DNA of 64,000 nt from Vulcanimicrobiota bacterium. GTDB taxonomy: Bacteria; Vulcanimicrobiota; Vulcanimicrobiia; Eremiobacterales; Eremiobacteraceae. Positions 9,269 to 20,511 of the stretch are shown one piece after another; positions within the stretch are counted from its first letter, which is position 1, and the number at the start of each line of letters is the position of its first letter. The translations under genes and the position numbers were made by a program. The stretch spans positions 160,001-224,000 of the forward strand of contig CAWDVP010000001.1 in NCBI GenBank assembly GCA_963805945.1, read 5' to 3'. The notes below the pieces were generated by a model, which was not told where the DNA came from, did no database searches, and saw nothing but the letters and a program-made list of their open reading frames with translations.

Positions 9269-12200
9269 ATGCCCAAGTCGCTCACACGGGCGCTATTCAC
9301 GGCCGCAGTGGTCATCGCCGCGATCGTTGGTCAGGCAACTGGGACGCTGGCCAGCAACGTCGGTAATCTCGTCGGCCGCGTACAGACGACCGCGTCGACC
9401 AGCACCATCACCAACGAAGCGCTCAACAGATTGCCGCTCGCCAACGTCAACATCTCGGCGGTCGCTCCGTCGGGCTCGTTCAAGGCGATCAGCAACGCGG
9501 GCGGATACTACGCCATCACCGGCCTGCCGCCCGACACTTACGTGGTGACGTTCGCGCTGACGGGTTACGTCACGCAGCCGCATCAGGGCATCACGATCCA
9601 ACAAGACCAGACCACCGTGCTCAACGTCGTGATGCAGACCGGCTTGACGACTTTGGGCAAGGTCACCGTGCGCGGCGCGACGTCGCTCATCCAGACGAAC
9701 GAGACGGCCAACAAGTATACGGTGACGCCGACGCAGATCCAGAACATCACCGGCACGCCGCAGAACATCTCGGAGACCGCCGTGCTCAACTCGTTGCCCG
9801 GCATCACCACCGACAACGGCGGCTACCCGATCATCCGCGGCGGCGCGGAGAACGACGAGGGCTACCAGCTCGAAGGCATCGATGCGACCGAGCCCTACAC
9901 GGGCCAGTTCATCAACAGCCTGTCGCTGACCGGCGAATCGAGCATCGTGCTGTCCACCGGCGGCTACGACGTCACCAACGGCAACACCAATTCGGGCGTG
10001 GTCAACGAGGTGATCAAACGCGGCTCCTATCCCGGCGCCGGCCAGTTCACGCTCAACTCTAACGCCCCGAACTTCGATCACCGTTTCGCCATCGAGTACG
10101 GCAACGGCACGCCGGACAACCGCTTCAGCTACTTCTATTCGTACAACGGCCTACGCGCGAACCGCGTGTACGGCGACCAGAAGACGTTCCTACCTCAGGA
10201 GGTTGGGGCGGTCGGAAGCACCAGCGGCAACGAGAACGTGCTCAACCTCTTCTACCGCTGGGGTTCGGATAACCGCAACGAGCTTCAGTACCTGGGTGAG
10301 ACCGGAGCCAACCTGTTCAACTTCGATTACAACATGCTGCAATACGGCGGCATGCAGTCGGTCTATTGCAACACGGTCGGCACCTTCGGCAACCAGACGT
10401 GCCTCCCGTACGGCAGCGCCAACCTTCAGGTCCAGGCCACCGTCGGCTCATCGGCAGCGGCGCATTCGCTTCCGTATCCAGGCCAAGTAGGCCTCAATCA
10501 GGCCATCAACTACCCCGACAGCGAGAACAACGTCCACTTCATCGAGAAGATCGCCTACAAGCGCCAATTCAACTCGTCCAGCTTCTTGGACGCGCGGATC
10601 TACCGCACCAGTCTTCACGACAACTTCAACCTGCCGTGGGGCGGCGGCGCGTTCGGCGACTTCGTCGAGAACCTGTCCGTCAACAACCAAGGCATCGGCG
10701 TCGACTATCAGAACCAGCTGAGCAACCAGCACCTCATCACGGTCGGTGCCGACACCGTCTTCACAAGCGGCACGTACCGCGCGGGACCGGCAGCGATATC
10801 GCCGCTCATCGAGCCGCTGGAACAGGGCTACCCTCGTCGGGATTGCGACTGCCAACTACATCGGCGGCTACAACTGCTTCCCGGTCGGCAGTCCGAGCTG
10901 CCCGGTGAACACGTTTGCGGATCCACGGCAATACATGCAAGATCCGGTGAACCGCAGCAACATCTACGCACAAGACCAGTGGATGCCCAACGACAAGCTC
11001 ACCGTCAAGCTGGGCGTGCGCTACGACGTCGAGGCGCTGCACCTGCCCTCGAACGCGGCCGCGCTCTCGACGACGTACGTCGTCGACGGATCGGGCAACG
11101 TGGTCGAAGTCCCGGGTGCGGCGATCGGCACGGACATCACCCAGCCGTCGCAGTTCAGCCCACGGATCGCGGTCACGTACACGCCCAACGCGGATGCGCG
11201 CAACGTGTTCCGTGCTTCGGCAGGCACGTTTATCCAGTTCGCGCCGCTCGTCGCTATCGAGAACCTGTTCAGCATCTCGCCGGCGGCGTACGCCTGCACG
11301 ATCGCGTCGGGCTGCTTCACGCCGCTGCCGGGCTACAGCCCGACCTGCGTCCAGGGCAAAGACCCCTCCGAACTCGTTCGCAGGCTGCAACAGCGTGACC
11401 AACCTCGGCCAGCAGCAGCTGCTCGATCTCAACACGAACGACTTCGCGCAGTACACGCCGGTGAAGCCGGAAAAGGCGTTCAGCGCCGATTTCGGCTGGT
11501 CGCACGACTTCACGGGCGGTTTGACCACCCGCATCACGCCCTACTATCGCAAGGGCACCAACTACACGATCACCAGCCAGTCCCAGATCGGCACGCTCAC
11601 GGACGGCACGCCGATCCTCGGCCCGGCGGTCAGCTCCAGCCAAGGTGTCAACGAGAGCACCGGCGTCGAGTTCGCCGTAGCCAAGAGCGCGGTGTTCGGC
11701 TTCAGCGGCTATCTCAACGGAACGTATGACAACACGTTTGCCAACTACAACTCCGACTTCTTCCCGGCGCCCAACAACGCCGCGCTTGCGCTCGGCCATA
11801 TGTACCACGTCAGCTACCTCGCGCCGGTGACCGCCACGGCAGGCATCACGTACCACGACCGCAGGGGCCTGTGGATCACGAGCGAGTTCCCGTACGAGTC
11901 GGGCTACCGCTACGGCGTGGGCACGATGACCTTCGTATTCGCGAACTGCGCAGACGTGGCGGGTTGCACGGGCGTGCCGACGAGCCAGGTCCCGGTCGAA
12001 GTGCCGAACTCCGACCTCGCGGCGATCTCGCTCGGCCTGAACCCCCGGCAAAGCGCATACTACTTCACAGACCCGACAAACCCGGGCACGATTCTGCATC
12101 CCAACATCACGGGCTCGCGCGGCACGAACGAAGGCTCAGACCCCGGGACGCTGCTTTCGCCGTCACACCTGTACGTGAACCTCTCGATCGCGCATGACAT

Positions 12201-12498
12201 CGGCAACGGGCCGAACCACTTCCAGGTGGGCGTCCGCGCGTCGAACCTGCTCGGTGACTTCAGCCCGACGGTGGTCGGACGGACCTCCCGCTACATCAAC
12301 AACGGACTGGGCGGCTACAACGGCGTCGCCGGCTGCGTCAACTACAACGCATGCGGCAACGGCTACATCCCGTCAGGCTCGAACGTGGTCAACCCCTCGT
12401 ATCAGCCGCTCCAATTCCCGCGCTCACCCCAGCCCTACGAGAGTGAGGCAACTGGGCCGGCGCGCCTGTTTACGTTCTTCGTAAGCTCGTACTTCTAA
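9269..12498 (+). CDS. TonB-dependent receptor with N-terminal carboxypeptidase-regulatory-like domain (frameshifts near 10830 and 11360)
   Basis: SD AGGAGG, signal peptide, GYYAITGLPPDTY, plug LNSLPG..IIRGG..SGVVNEVIKRG, YAQDQW..LGVRYD, C-terminal Phe. Confidence 0.85.
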
Positions 12499-12586
12499 AG
12501 AACGTAAGCGTTCGGGTCAGCGGCGGTGCGCCGTCGCTGACCTTGCCGGCCTTGCGAATTCATCGATGAGAAAGGATCTTTCTGAA

Positions 12587-13518
12587 ATGCACAAGCTTAA
12601 GGCGACGATGGTCGGGCTGTTTTGCCTCGCGGCCGTGACCGGTTGCACCACGAACACTTCCGTCAACACCACCTTCACGACGAAGCCGGTACTGCAGATG
12701 TCGGTGGGCACGATCAACGATATCCCCGGCACCTTGATGGCGCAACAGGGACCTGCGGCGGCCCTGGGCCGTATGTCGATGTGATCGAGACCTTCCGCAA
12801 CCAGAACGGCACCTCGGCGTTCATCCACCCCGGCAACGCGACGCTGACCCCCGGTACCGGATCGAACAACGTCGGTCCATCCACTACGGCCTCGGCATCT
12901 TCGCCTACGGTCAGAACTTCCAGTTGAACAGCGTTCCGGCGGCGGCGCCCGCATGGGCAGCCCCCGGATCGGGCAGCGGTTTCCTTATGGATGTCTTCGG
13001 CTGCGGCAACAACGGCGACTTGCCCGGCCCTGCGACCGGCGCGTCGCTGGCCGGCGGCACGGTCTATAAGCTGGTCTGACTCGGTTCTCGGTGAACAGCC
13101 AACAGCAGATCTTCACCGCGCAGGCCACGCTCAACGCGTCGCCCACGTTCCTCACCACGCCGGCCGAACGCCGCCTACACGTCCAACGCGGGTACAGGCG
13201 GCGGCACGTTCAACTTCGGCGCATATCCGGCCGGCGCCACCGAACAGGTCGTCGTCGTCTTGTCCGGCGCCGCGCCGAACAGCGTCGTCGCTCAAAGCCG
13301 AAGTGGTTTCCCCGGCCACCTCTGCGGTGCTACCGCCGAACACGCTCACCATCGGTGCGTACACGTGCTTCGTCATCGCCGCGGACTTCCCGTGGGTCGA
13401 AGCCGGCGTGGTCAACTCCCCAGCGGTCGGCGTCCAGTCGCCGGTCATCGTGGGAGCGAACGGCAACGCAGACATGTCCGTCGGCGCCCAGTACCTGCAA
13501 CCAGACATAATCGGCTAG
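12587..13518 (+). CDS. Putative lipoprotein (several frameshifts)
   Basis: MHKLKATMVGLFCLAAVTG-C lipobox; coding-like segments continue to TAG 13518. Confidence 0.6.
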
Positions 13519-13537
13519 TGACCGAACGCCGCACGAC

Positions 13538-13572
13538 AAAGAAAGAGCGGCAGCGATGCCGCTCTTCTTTTT
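13538..13572. terminator. Intrinsic terminator, probably bidirectional
   Basis: A-rich - AAGAGCGGCA GCGA TGCCGCTCTT - T-rich, between convergent genes. Confidence 0.75.
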
Positions 13573-13590
13573 CCTCGAGCTTCGCTCGGG

Positions 13591-14100
13591 TCAATTACCG
13601 CTCCATTTCGAGTTAGCCGGGCGGGAGCAGCTGAAGGGCGTCGCGAGGCTTTCCGCTTTCGCGCAGCGCGGCGAGCCGCGCCGGATTGGCGAGCACGACC
13701 CGCGCGCTCGAGAACTCATTGAGCTTGCAGCCGAGCAAGATGTATGGCAGCGACAGCTCGCGATGGGGTTCGCTGCGATGCTCGAGTTCGGAGACGAGCT
13801 GCGCATCGTCCACCGAGATGAGCGCGCGCCGGATGCCGAGCGACAGCAGCCGGTCGAGCCCTGCGGTGACGCCCGCGTAGACGTAATCCCGACCCTGCTG
13901 CGAGGGCTGCTCGCGGACCGCGAACGGGATGAAGTGCTCACCCGCCGAGCCGGCGCGATCGAGCAGCGAACGGCGACGATGCCGCGACCCGCTCCGCATC
14001 GGATCACGGCGATCTGCGCCTGACACTCGCCTCGAGCGCCGGCTGGGGAGCGGCGCCTGACCTGCTCGGCGCCTTCGATGAGGGTGGGGATGGAAACCAT
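13591..14100 (-). CDS. Hypothetical protein with degenerate RNase HI-like segment (frameshifted)
   Basis: YAGVTAGLDRLLSLGIRRALISVDDAQLVSEL...LPY..L.EF resembles the RNase HI-like AEY.ALI.GL..ALELG...L.V..DS.LV pattern. Confidence 0.5.
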   Translation of the reverse strand: MVSIPTLIEGAEQVRRRSPAGARGECQAQIAVIRCGAGRGIVAVRCSIAPARRVSTSSRSRSASSPRSRVGITSTRASPQGSTGCCRSASGARSSRWTMRSSSPNSSIAANPIASCRCHTSCSAASSMSSRARGSCSPIRRGSPRCAKAESLATPFSCSRPANSKWSGN

Positions 14101-14106
14101 GGCTAT

Positions 14107-14135
14107 ATTATATCGAACAAGTGTTCGATAGGCAA
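14107..14135 (-). promoter_or_regulatory. Promoter with overlapping LexA (Cheo-type) SOS box
   Basis: TTGCCT - 17 nt - TATAAT on the minus strand; perfect TATCGAAC-N4-GTTCGATA at 14111-14130. Confidence 0.8.
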
Positions 14136-14143
14136 GGGCCGGG

Positions 14144-15347
14144 TCAGCCGACTAGGTCGAAGAGATCCTCGAAGTCCGTCATGGTGGCGGTCCCGGCCCT
14201 GTTGGCCATCACCGCGTCATACACCGCAAGCACTCGACCGGCCGTCGCCTTGATGTCGAAGGCAGCAGCCGCGGCCCTGCCATGGGCGGAGGCGGTCAGA
14301 TAGCGGCCCTTGTTCCCCAGCAGCGCATCGACGGCCAGCGCCATCCCTGGCGCGTCGTCGACCAGCTCACCCGCCAGATTGGGGCCGAACACGTCGCGCG
14401 TCTGAGGGCTGGCGGCAGCCACCACCGGGAGGCCGGCCGCGAACGCTTCCGCGAGGACCAGGCCCTGCGTCTCGGAGGTCGAGGGGAAGACGAAAAGGTC
14501 AGCAGCGGCGTAGAAGCCCGGCAAGTCCTCATGCGGCAGCGCGCCGGTGAAGATGACCGCATCGCCGAGGCCCTCGTCCCTTACCTGGTGCCGCAACGCG
14601 TCGTCGAGGTGGCCCGTGCCGATCAGCAGCAGCCGTGCATCGGGCCGGTCGCGCAAGACCAGTTTGAGCGCCTCGAAAGCGAGGGGCACGCTCTTCTCCT
14701 GGGCGAGGCGCGAGACGAGCAGCAGCACGGGCGCACCCTCGGGGATGCCGTAGCGGGCTCGGATGACCGCCCCGTCGGGCCTTTCCCGCCTTGCGGAAAC
14801 TGTCCAACTCGAGCCCGGTAGGCACCACGCAGACGGCGCCACCACCCCCACGTCCCGCAATTGGGCAGCCACAGCCTGGGTCGGAGCGATCACGGCGTCG
14901 GCGGCGTTCGCATAGCCCCGGGTGAGCTCCCGGGTCAACTGCGTGGTCAGCCGTTGCCCGAGCGGCGAGTAGTGGGTGTAGCGTTCGAGCATCGTGTGAT
15001 ACGTGAAGACGAGCGGCACGCGAAAGCGATAGCGCGCGTAATACTGCGCCATCCAGCCGGTGACGAATAGCGAATGCGAATGGATGACGCCGCACTGGCT
15101 CAAGAAGCGCGCTTTGTTGCGACGCGCGACGAGCGGCACGGTGAGATCGATACTCGGTGCGCGCCGGCAGCGGCAGCGACGGCATGAAGAAGACGCTACC
15201 GATCGCTTCGACGCCGTTCGGGATGCGCGGCGCGAACGTGTACGCCTCGTGACCGCGCGCGCGCAATTCTTCGGTGAGCGATTCGACGGATGCGACCACG
15301 CCGTTGATGATCGGGCGATAGACCTCGGTGAAAACGCCGATCTTCAT
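14144..15347 (-). CDS. GT4 glycosyltransferase (diacylglycerol glycosyltransferase-like), frameshifted
   Basis: MKIGVFTEVYRPIINGVV; YHTM..Y.HY; SRLAQEK; ETQGLVLAEA. Confidence 0.88.
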
Positions 15348-15452
15348 AGCGGGACCATCTTCTCGTTCTTCGGAACCACGATGCGTTGCGCGTTCCTTCG
15401 GCCGAACTGTGAATCCTTCAGCGGTACAAAGGGTCCGCGTAGCGGGAATCCC

Positions 15453-15482
15453 TTGTTCCATCGGATTTTGCCGTGATATAAT
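15453..15482 (+). promoter_or_regulatory. Putative promoter of the G5/3D gene-rsmA operon
   Basis: TTGTTC - 18 nt - TATAAT with extended TG. Confidence 0.55.
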
Positions 15483-15625
15483 CACGTCGTTGTTCTGGGC
15501 ATCGCACGCGCCCTGCTTCGCGAAAGCGAAATGCGCCTTCAGCTCACAACACAGAAGCTGCTGAAGGCTTCATCCGCATCTCTAGAAACGGCCGCCGCCG
15601 GTCGCCAACCTGATTGGGGAGTCTT

Positions 15626-16483
15626 CATCGTCGCGCCGACCCGAACTTCGCACCGCAGCCTTCGCCGCGATCATCATCGTATGCGCGACGGCGAGCTCCG
15701 CAGCCGCGGTCGCGAACCACGCACATCGACAGCTCGATCGTGCGCATACCCTGCTCTCCAGCTACTCCGTTTCCATGACCCTTACCGACCAGCCGCTCGA
15801 TGTCGCACGTTCGGCCGGCGATCCGACGGTCATCGCCTCCGCAGACCAGCGCTACAACACCGCGAGGTTCGAATGATCCGCGCAGCGCGAGCGACATCGT
15901 GCAGCCGCAGGTCCGCGTGGTGTCGCAATTCCGCACGCGGCGCTCAGCTTGTGACGCTGCCGCCCTGCATCCCTGCCTTACCCCGGGCCTCAAACCCGGC
16001 CAGCGCAAGGTCGTCCGGGCCGGCTCGCCCGAGCTGAAGGAAGTCACCGAACGGGTCGTGCTGTGGGACGACGTGGTCGTCAGCAGCCGAGTGGCGCACA
16101 CACGTGTGCTCCGCAAGGGCACGCAGGGCTCCGTCGTGCAGGGCGCACCGCTCACCTGGGACCAGTTGGCTGCGACCACCTCCTATCGCAAACTGGTCGG
16201 CATCTATGAGATGGAGGCGACAGCCTATACGCCGTGGACCGCGACCGCCGCGCCCACGGGCAGGACCGCGACCGGCATGCAGGCGGGCTACGGCGTCGTC
16301 GCCGTCGACCCGCGCGTCATCCGGCTCGGCACGCACGTCTTCGTGCCGGGGTACGGCTTGGCGATCGCCGCCGACACCGGCGGTGCCATCGTCGGCAACC
16401 GCATCGACCTGTGCATGGAATCGGTGCGTGATGCGCTGATCTTCGGACGCCGTCCGGTCAAGGTGTATGTCTTGGCGGAATAA
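15626..16483 (+). CDS. G5 + 3D domain cell-wall protein (YabE-like); 5' end frameshifted and uncertain
   Basis: MEATAY..TATG..GVVAVDPRVIRLG..VPGYG.AIAADTGGAI.GNRIDL; lies upstream of rsmA, as yabE does. Confidence 0.85.
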
Positions 16484-16506
16484 CCCGCACCTCGGCAGTA
16501 CCTAGA

Positions 16507-16532
16507 GGGGCGAGCTCCGGCTCGCCCTTTTG
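16507..16532 (+). terminator. Hairpin plus U-tract after the 3D gene
   Basis: GGGCGAGC TCCG GCTCGCCC TTTT. Confidence 0.55.
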
Positions 16533-16555
16533 TCTTTCTGCGACAGCGCGGTGAT

Positions 16556-17461
16556 ATGGACGACTACGCCTCCCCCAAGCGCACGCTCGCGGAACGCGGG
16601 CTGCGGCCGCGCAAACGCTTCGGCCAACAATTTCCTCGTCGACCAGCGCTTCGCGCGGCGCATCGCCGGCGAGATCGCAGCCGGGCAGCGCGGTGCTCGA
16701 GATCGGCGGCGGCACAGGTGCGCTCACCGCGGCATTGATGCACAGCGCGCGCAGCGTCGACGTCATCGAGATCGATCGCGGGCTGGTCGAGGTGCTGCGG
16801 ACGCGTTTTTCGCCTGTAGCGCCCGAGCCGAAGCTCGGCGCCCACGGTGAACATCATCTCCGGCGACGCGCTCGAGCTCGATCTGCGCGCATTGCTCGAG
16901 GCGCGGCCGCGGCCGCGCGCGATCTGCGGCAACCTCCCCGATTCGATCACGACACCGCTCATCGAGAGGATCGTCGCCTGCGCCGACGCATGGGACGAGG
17001 CGGTGATCATGGTGCAGCGCGAGTATGCGCGACGGATGGCCGCCGCTGAACTCGCCACCTCCGACTACAGCAGCTTGACGCTCTTCGTCTCCTACCACTG
17101 CGATGCGCCCATCCTTCGATGTCGGCGCGTCAGGCTTCTACCCGGCGCCGGCGATCGCTTCATCGGTCGTCCGGTTGCGGCCGGTCGCGCGCGGTCGGAA
17201 TGGATCGTCCACCGCTCCATCCGTGAAACGATGAGGCGCTGCTGTTGTGGCTGATCCGCGCGGCGTTCGCGCAACGCCGCAAGACGCTCGTCAACAGCGT
17301 CGCCGCGCAGGTCCCCCAAGGATGAGCGGCATCACATCGAGACCGCCGCGCTCGCCGCCGGCTTGGCGCCGAACATCCGCGGCGAGCGGCTCTCGCTGCC
17401 GGACTACGTGCGCCTCGCCAGCGCGCTCCACGCACAGGGCTTTCGCGCGCCGGTGCGGTAG
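16556..17461 (+). CDS. rsmA: 16S rRNA dimethyladenosine transferase (frameshifted)
   Basis: PRKRFGQ(N)FL, VLEIGGGTGALT, IEIDR, GNLP.SITTP, MVQRE, AFAQRRKTLVN. Confidence 0.92.
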
Positions 17462-17471
17462 TCGGGGCCGG

Positions 17472-18339
17472 ATGGACGTTGTGAACGCGCCGGGCCGACC
17501 TGTGGGTCGGCCCGCTCCAATGTCAGCGGTCGAATCGTACCAGCCGGCGTTCAGCGCGCTTGTGGCCAGGCTGGCGCGCGGCTGGGGTTCGTCGCCCTCC
17601 TCATGGGCGCGTTGTTCGTCGCGCAGCTCATCGTCGAGCGTCAGCCATTATCGTGACCCAGTTCGACGCAGTCGACATCATGCGCAGCGGCAGCCCTGCT
17701 GCCATCGACGGCCTCGCCGAGTTCCTCAAGTCGCCGGCAGGTCTCGCGCGGTTGTTCAGCCCCACGAACCTCTTTGTGCTGCAGCTCTGCAGCAGCGGCT
17801 CGGTCGTCGTGCTGGCGCTGACGCTGTGCCGCAGCATCATCGGCGCGAATCCGCAGAATCTCGGTTTCGGCCAGCCGACGACGGGCGCGCACCATCGCCA
17901 TCGGCATCGCCGCTGGTGCCGGCCTGCTGCTGGTCGTCGCTGCTCGTTGAGTCGATCCAAGAGGCTCTCTTCGGCCCGCATCCGCAAGCCATCGTCGCGA
18001 TCCTCGAACATCATCGCGGCGCGCTCTCGTTCACGCTCGATATCGTCGCGGTCTCGGTGCTCGCGCCCATCGCCGAAGAGCTGCTGTTCCGCGGCGTGCT
18101 CTTCACCGCGCTCGTGCAGCGCATGCCGCTGCCCTGGGCGCGCGGTCATCAGCGGCTGCGTGTTCGCCGCCAGCCACTTCGAATGGTGGAGCATCGTGCC
18201 GCTCGCGGTCCTCGGCGTCGGACTCGCGTATGTGTACTACCACACGCGCAACCTGTGGGCGAACATCGCCACGCACGGCACGATCAACGGGATCTCGCTC
18301 ATCATCGCGTTCGCCTTCCCCCAGTTCGCCGGGCACTAG
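17472..18339 (+). CDS. CPBP (CAAX/Abi) intramembrane metalloprotease (frameshifted)
   Basis: APIAEELLFRG, FAASH, HGTIN motifs across frames; hydrophobic. Confidence 0.85.
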
Positions 18340-19323
18340 CGCGCCGCGAGCGCGCTCCAGACGTACGCGACGTACAACAGCCCGCACAGCCCCAGCGGCC
18401 ACGGCTCGACCCTCTTGCGCACCAGCGTCCAGAGGAGCACGAAGAGCACCGCTGCCATGGTCGCCGCGGCGGCGCGGTAGGCAGGGCCGTCCAGATGCCA
18501 GGGCGAGGCCAGCAGCGCGATCGAGCAGGCGACCGACGTCTGGAACATCATCGCGCCGATGACGTTGCCCAGCGCAAGGTCATCGAGATCGCGACGCGTC
18601 CATGCGATGATGTTGATCATCTCCGGCAGCTCGGTCGCGATGGGGCTGAGCAGCAACGAGACGACGAGCGCCGACACACCGAGCGACGCCGCGAGCGCGC
18701 CGATCGAACCGACGAACCAATGCGCGACGGCGGCGGTCACCGCCGCCGCGACCACCAGCTGCAGCACGACGAGGACCGGCGCCGGGCGCGCCGCACGCGG
18801 CGAGAACCGCAGCCGCGGCGGCGTCTCATCGCCCTCAAGGGCGCGGATGCGCATGTGATAGATGAGATAGGTGACATACGCGCCGATGATGGCGACCGCG
18901 GTCGCGATGCGCACCGGCAGCGTCGGAGCGAAGGAGGCTCCGATGACGAGCGCAAACGTGCAAGCGAACAGCGTCAGTCCGAAGACCACCGGCCGCGCCG
19001 GCGCGACGATCAGGTCGTGCGTCTTGCCGAGAGCGATCGCGCTCGCGCCCATCAGGCAGAACGCCAGCGTCGCCAGCATGAACGGCGCGCCGATCACCGC
19101 GCCGGTGCCGACCGCCACGCTGGCGGGATCGCGCAGCACCACGAGCGCGATGAAGACGACCGCGGTCTCCGGCAACGAAGAGCCGATCGCGCTGACGATC
19201 GCGCCGACCGCGCTGCGCGTCAGACCGTATAACGCGCCGATCCATTCCACCGCGTTGGTGAACGCGTCGCTCGCCAGCACGAGGAGGAGCAGCGCGGCGC
19301 AAACGTGGAGGATGAGCGGGCAC
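18336..19323 (-). CDS. Sodium:calcium antiporter family (YrbG-like)
   Basis: Alpha repeats GSSLPE and ATELPE; LGNVIG; about 10 TM segments. Confidence 0.85.
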
Positions 19324-19361
19324 CGAGCCGGGTTTGGCCCGATTTCCGGTGCTAACCCTGC

Positions 19362-20511
19362 GTGAAAGGACATCCAAGGCCGCCGTTGCCCTACCGCATC
19401 TTGCACGTCGCCGACGTCCACCTCGATATGGCCTTTGCGGGTTCCGACGCAGGCGCAGGCGAAGCGCGCCGCGCGCACCTCGAGGCGGCGTTCGAGCGCG
19501 CGCTGGGACTGGCAGCGCAGCACAAGGCGGACGCCCTGTGCATGGCCGGCGATCTATACGAGAGCCGCCGCTCCACGCCCGATCGCGCGGCCTACCTCGC
19601 GCGCGTGCTCGGCGCCCTCGCGCCGATGCGCGTCTTCATCAGCCCCGGCAATCACGACCCGATCGACAGCGCGTCGCTCTACCGTCTGATGACGGTGCCC
19701 GGCAACGTCACGATCTTCGACACCCGGACGTTTCACGCCGGTCGCGCTCGCGGACGGGCTCACGCTGTGGGGCATGCGCGCACGAATTCGAGCTCGACCG
19801 CGAGCCGCTGCTGCGCGGCTTCAAGGCGGAGGGCAAGGGCACGCATCTGCTGCTCGGCCATGGCTCGGATCGGGAGCACATGCCGCCGGGCAAGGAGGCG
19901 ATCGCACCGTTCACCGGTGCCGAGATCGCCGCGAGCGGCGTCGCGCACGCCATGCTCGGCCATTTCCACTGGCACGCCTGCAAGGCAAGCGCTACGCGTA
20001 TCCGGGTTCGCTCGAAGCCGCATCATCCGGGTCAAGGCGGCCGCCATACCGCATCGCTCGTCACGCTGGAAGACGGACGGGTCGGACTCGAGTTCATCGA
20101 CGTCAACCGCACGCGCTATGCAGACGCCGACGTCGACCTGTCGGAGTTCGGCGACCGCGCGGCGCTTGCCGACGGCGTGGCCAGCACGCCTGCACGCGCT
20201 GGCCAAAGGCGACGGCGAAACCGTCTTCTGCCGCGTTCGTCTCGTCGGCAATGCGCTCCCGACGCTCGATGTCGACGCGGCGGCGCTCGCGCGGGAGCTG
20301 GCCGGCGACTTTCCCGGCGCGCGTATCGAGGAGGCGTTCACGGCGATCGACGCGGAGGCAGTGGCACACGAAGGCTACACGGTCCGCGCCGAATTCGTGC
20401 GCGAGCTGCAGCGGCTCGTGGAAGACGGCGCCCGAGCCCGAGCGTCCGGACCTCGAGCGGGCGCTGCGCTACGGTCTGCAGGCATTCGCCGGCAAGAGGC
20501 TCGCGCCGTGA
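19362..20511 (+). CDS. Mre11/SbcD-like DNA repair metallophosphoesterase (frameshifted)
   Basis: ILHVADVHLD, AGDLYE, PGNHD, LGHFH, YPGS. Confidence 0.88.
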
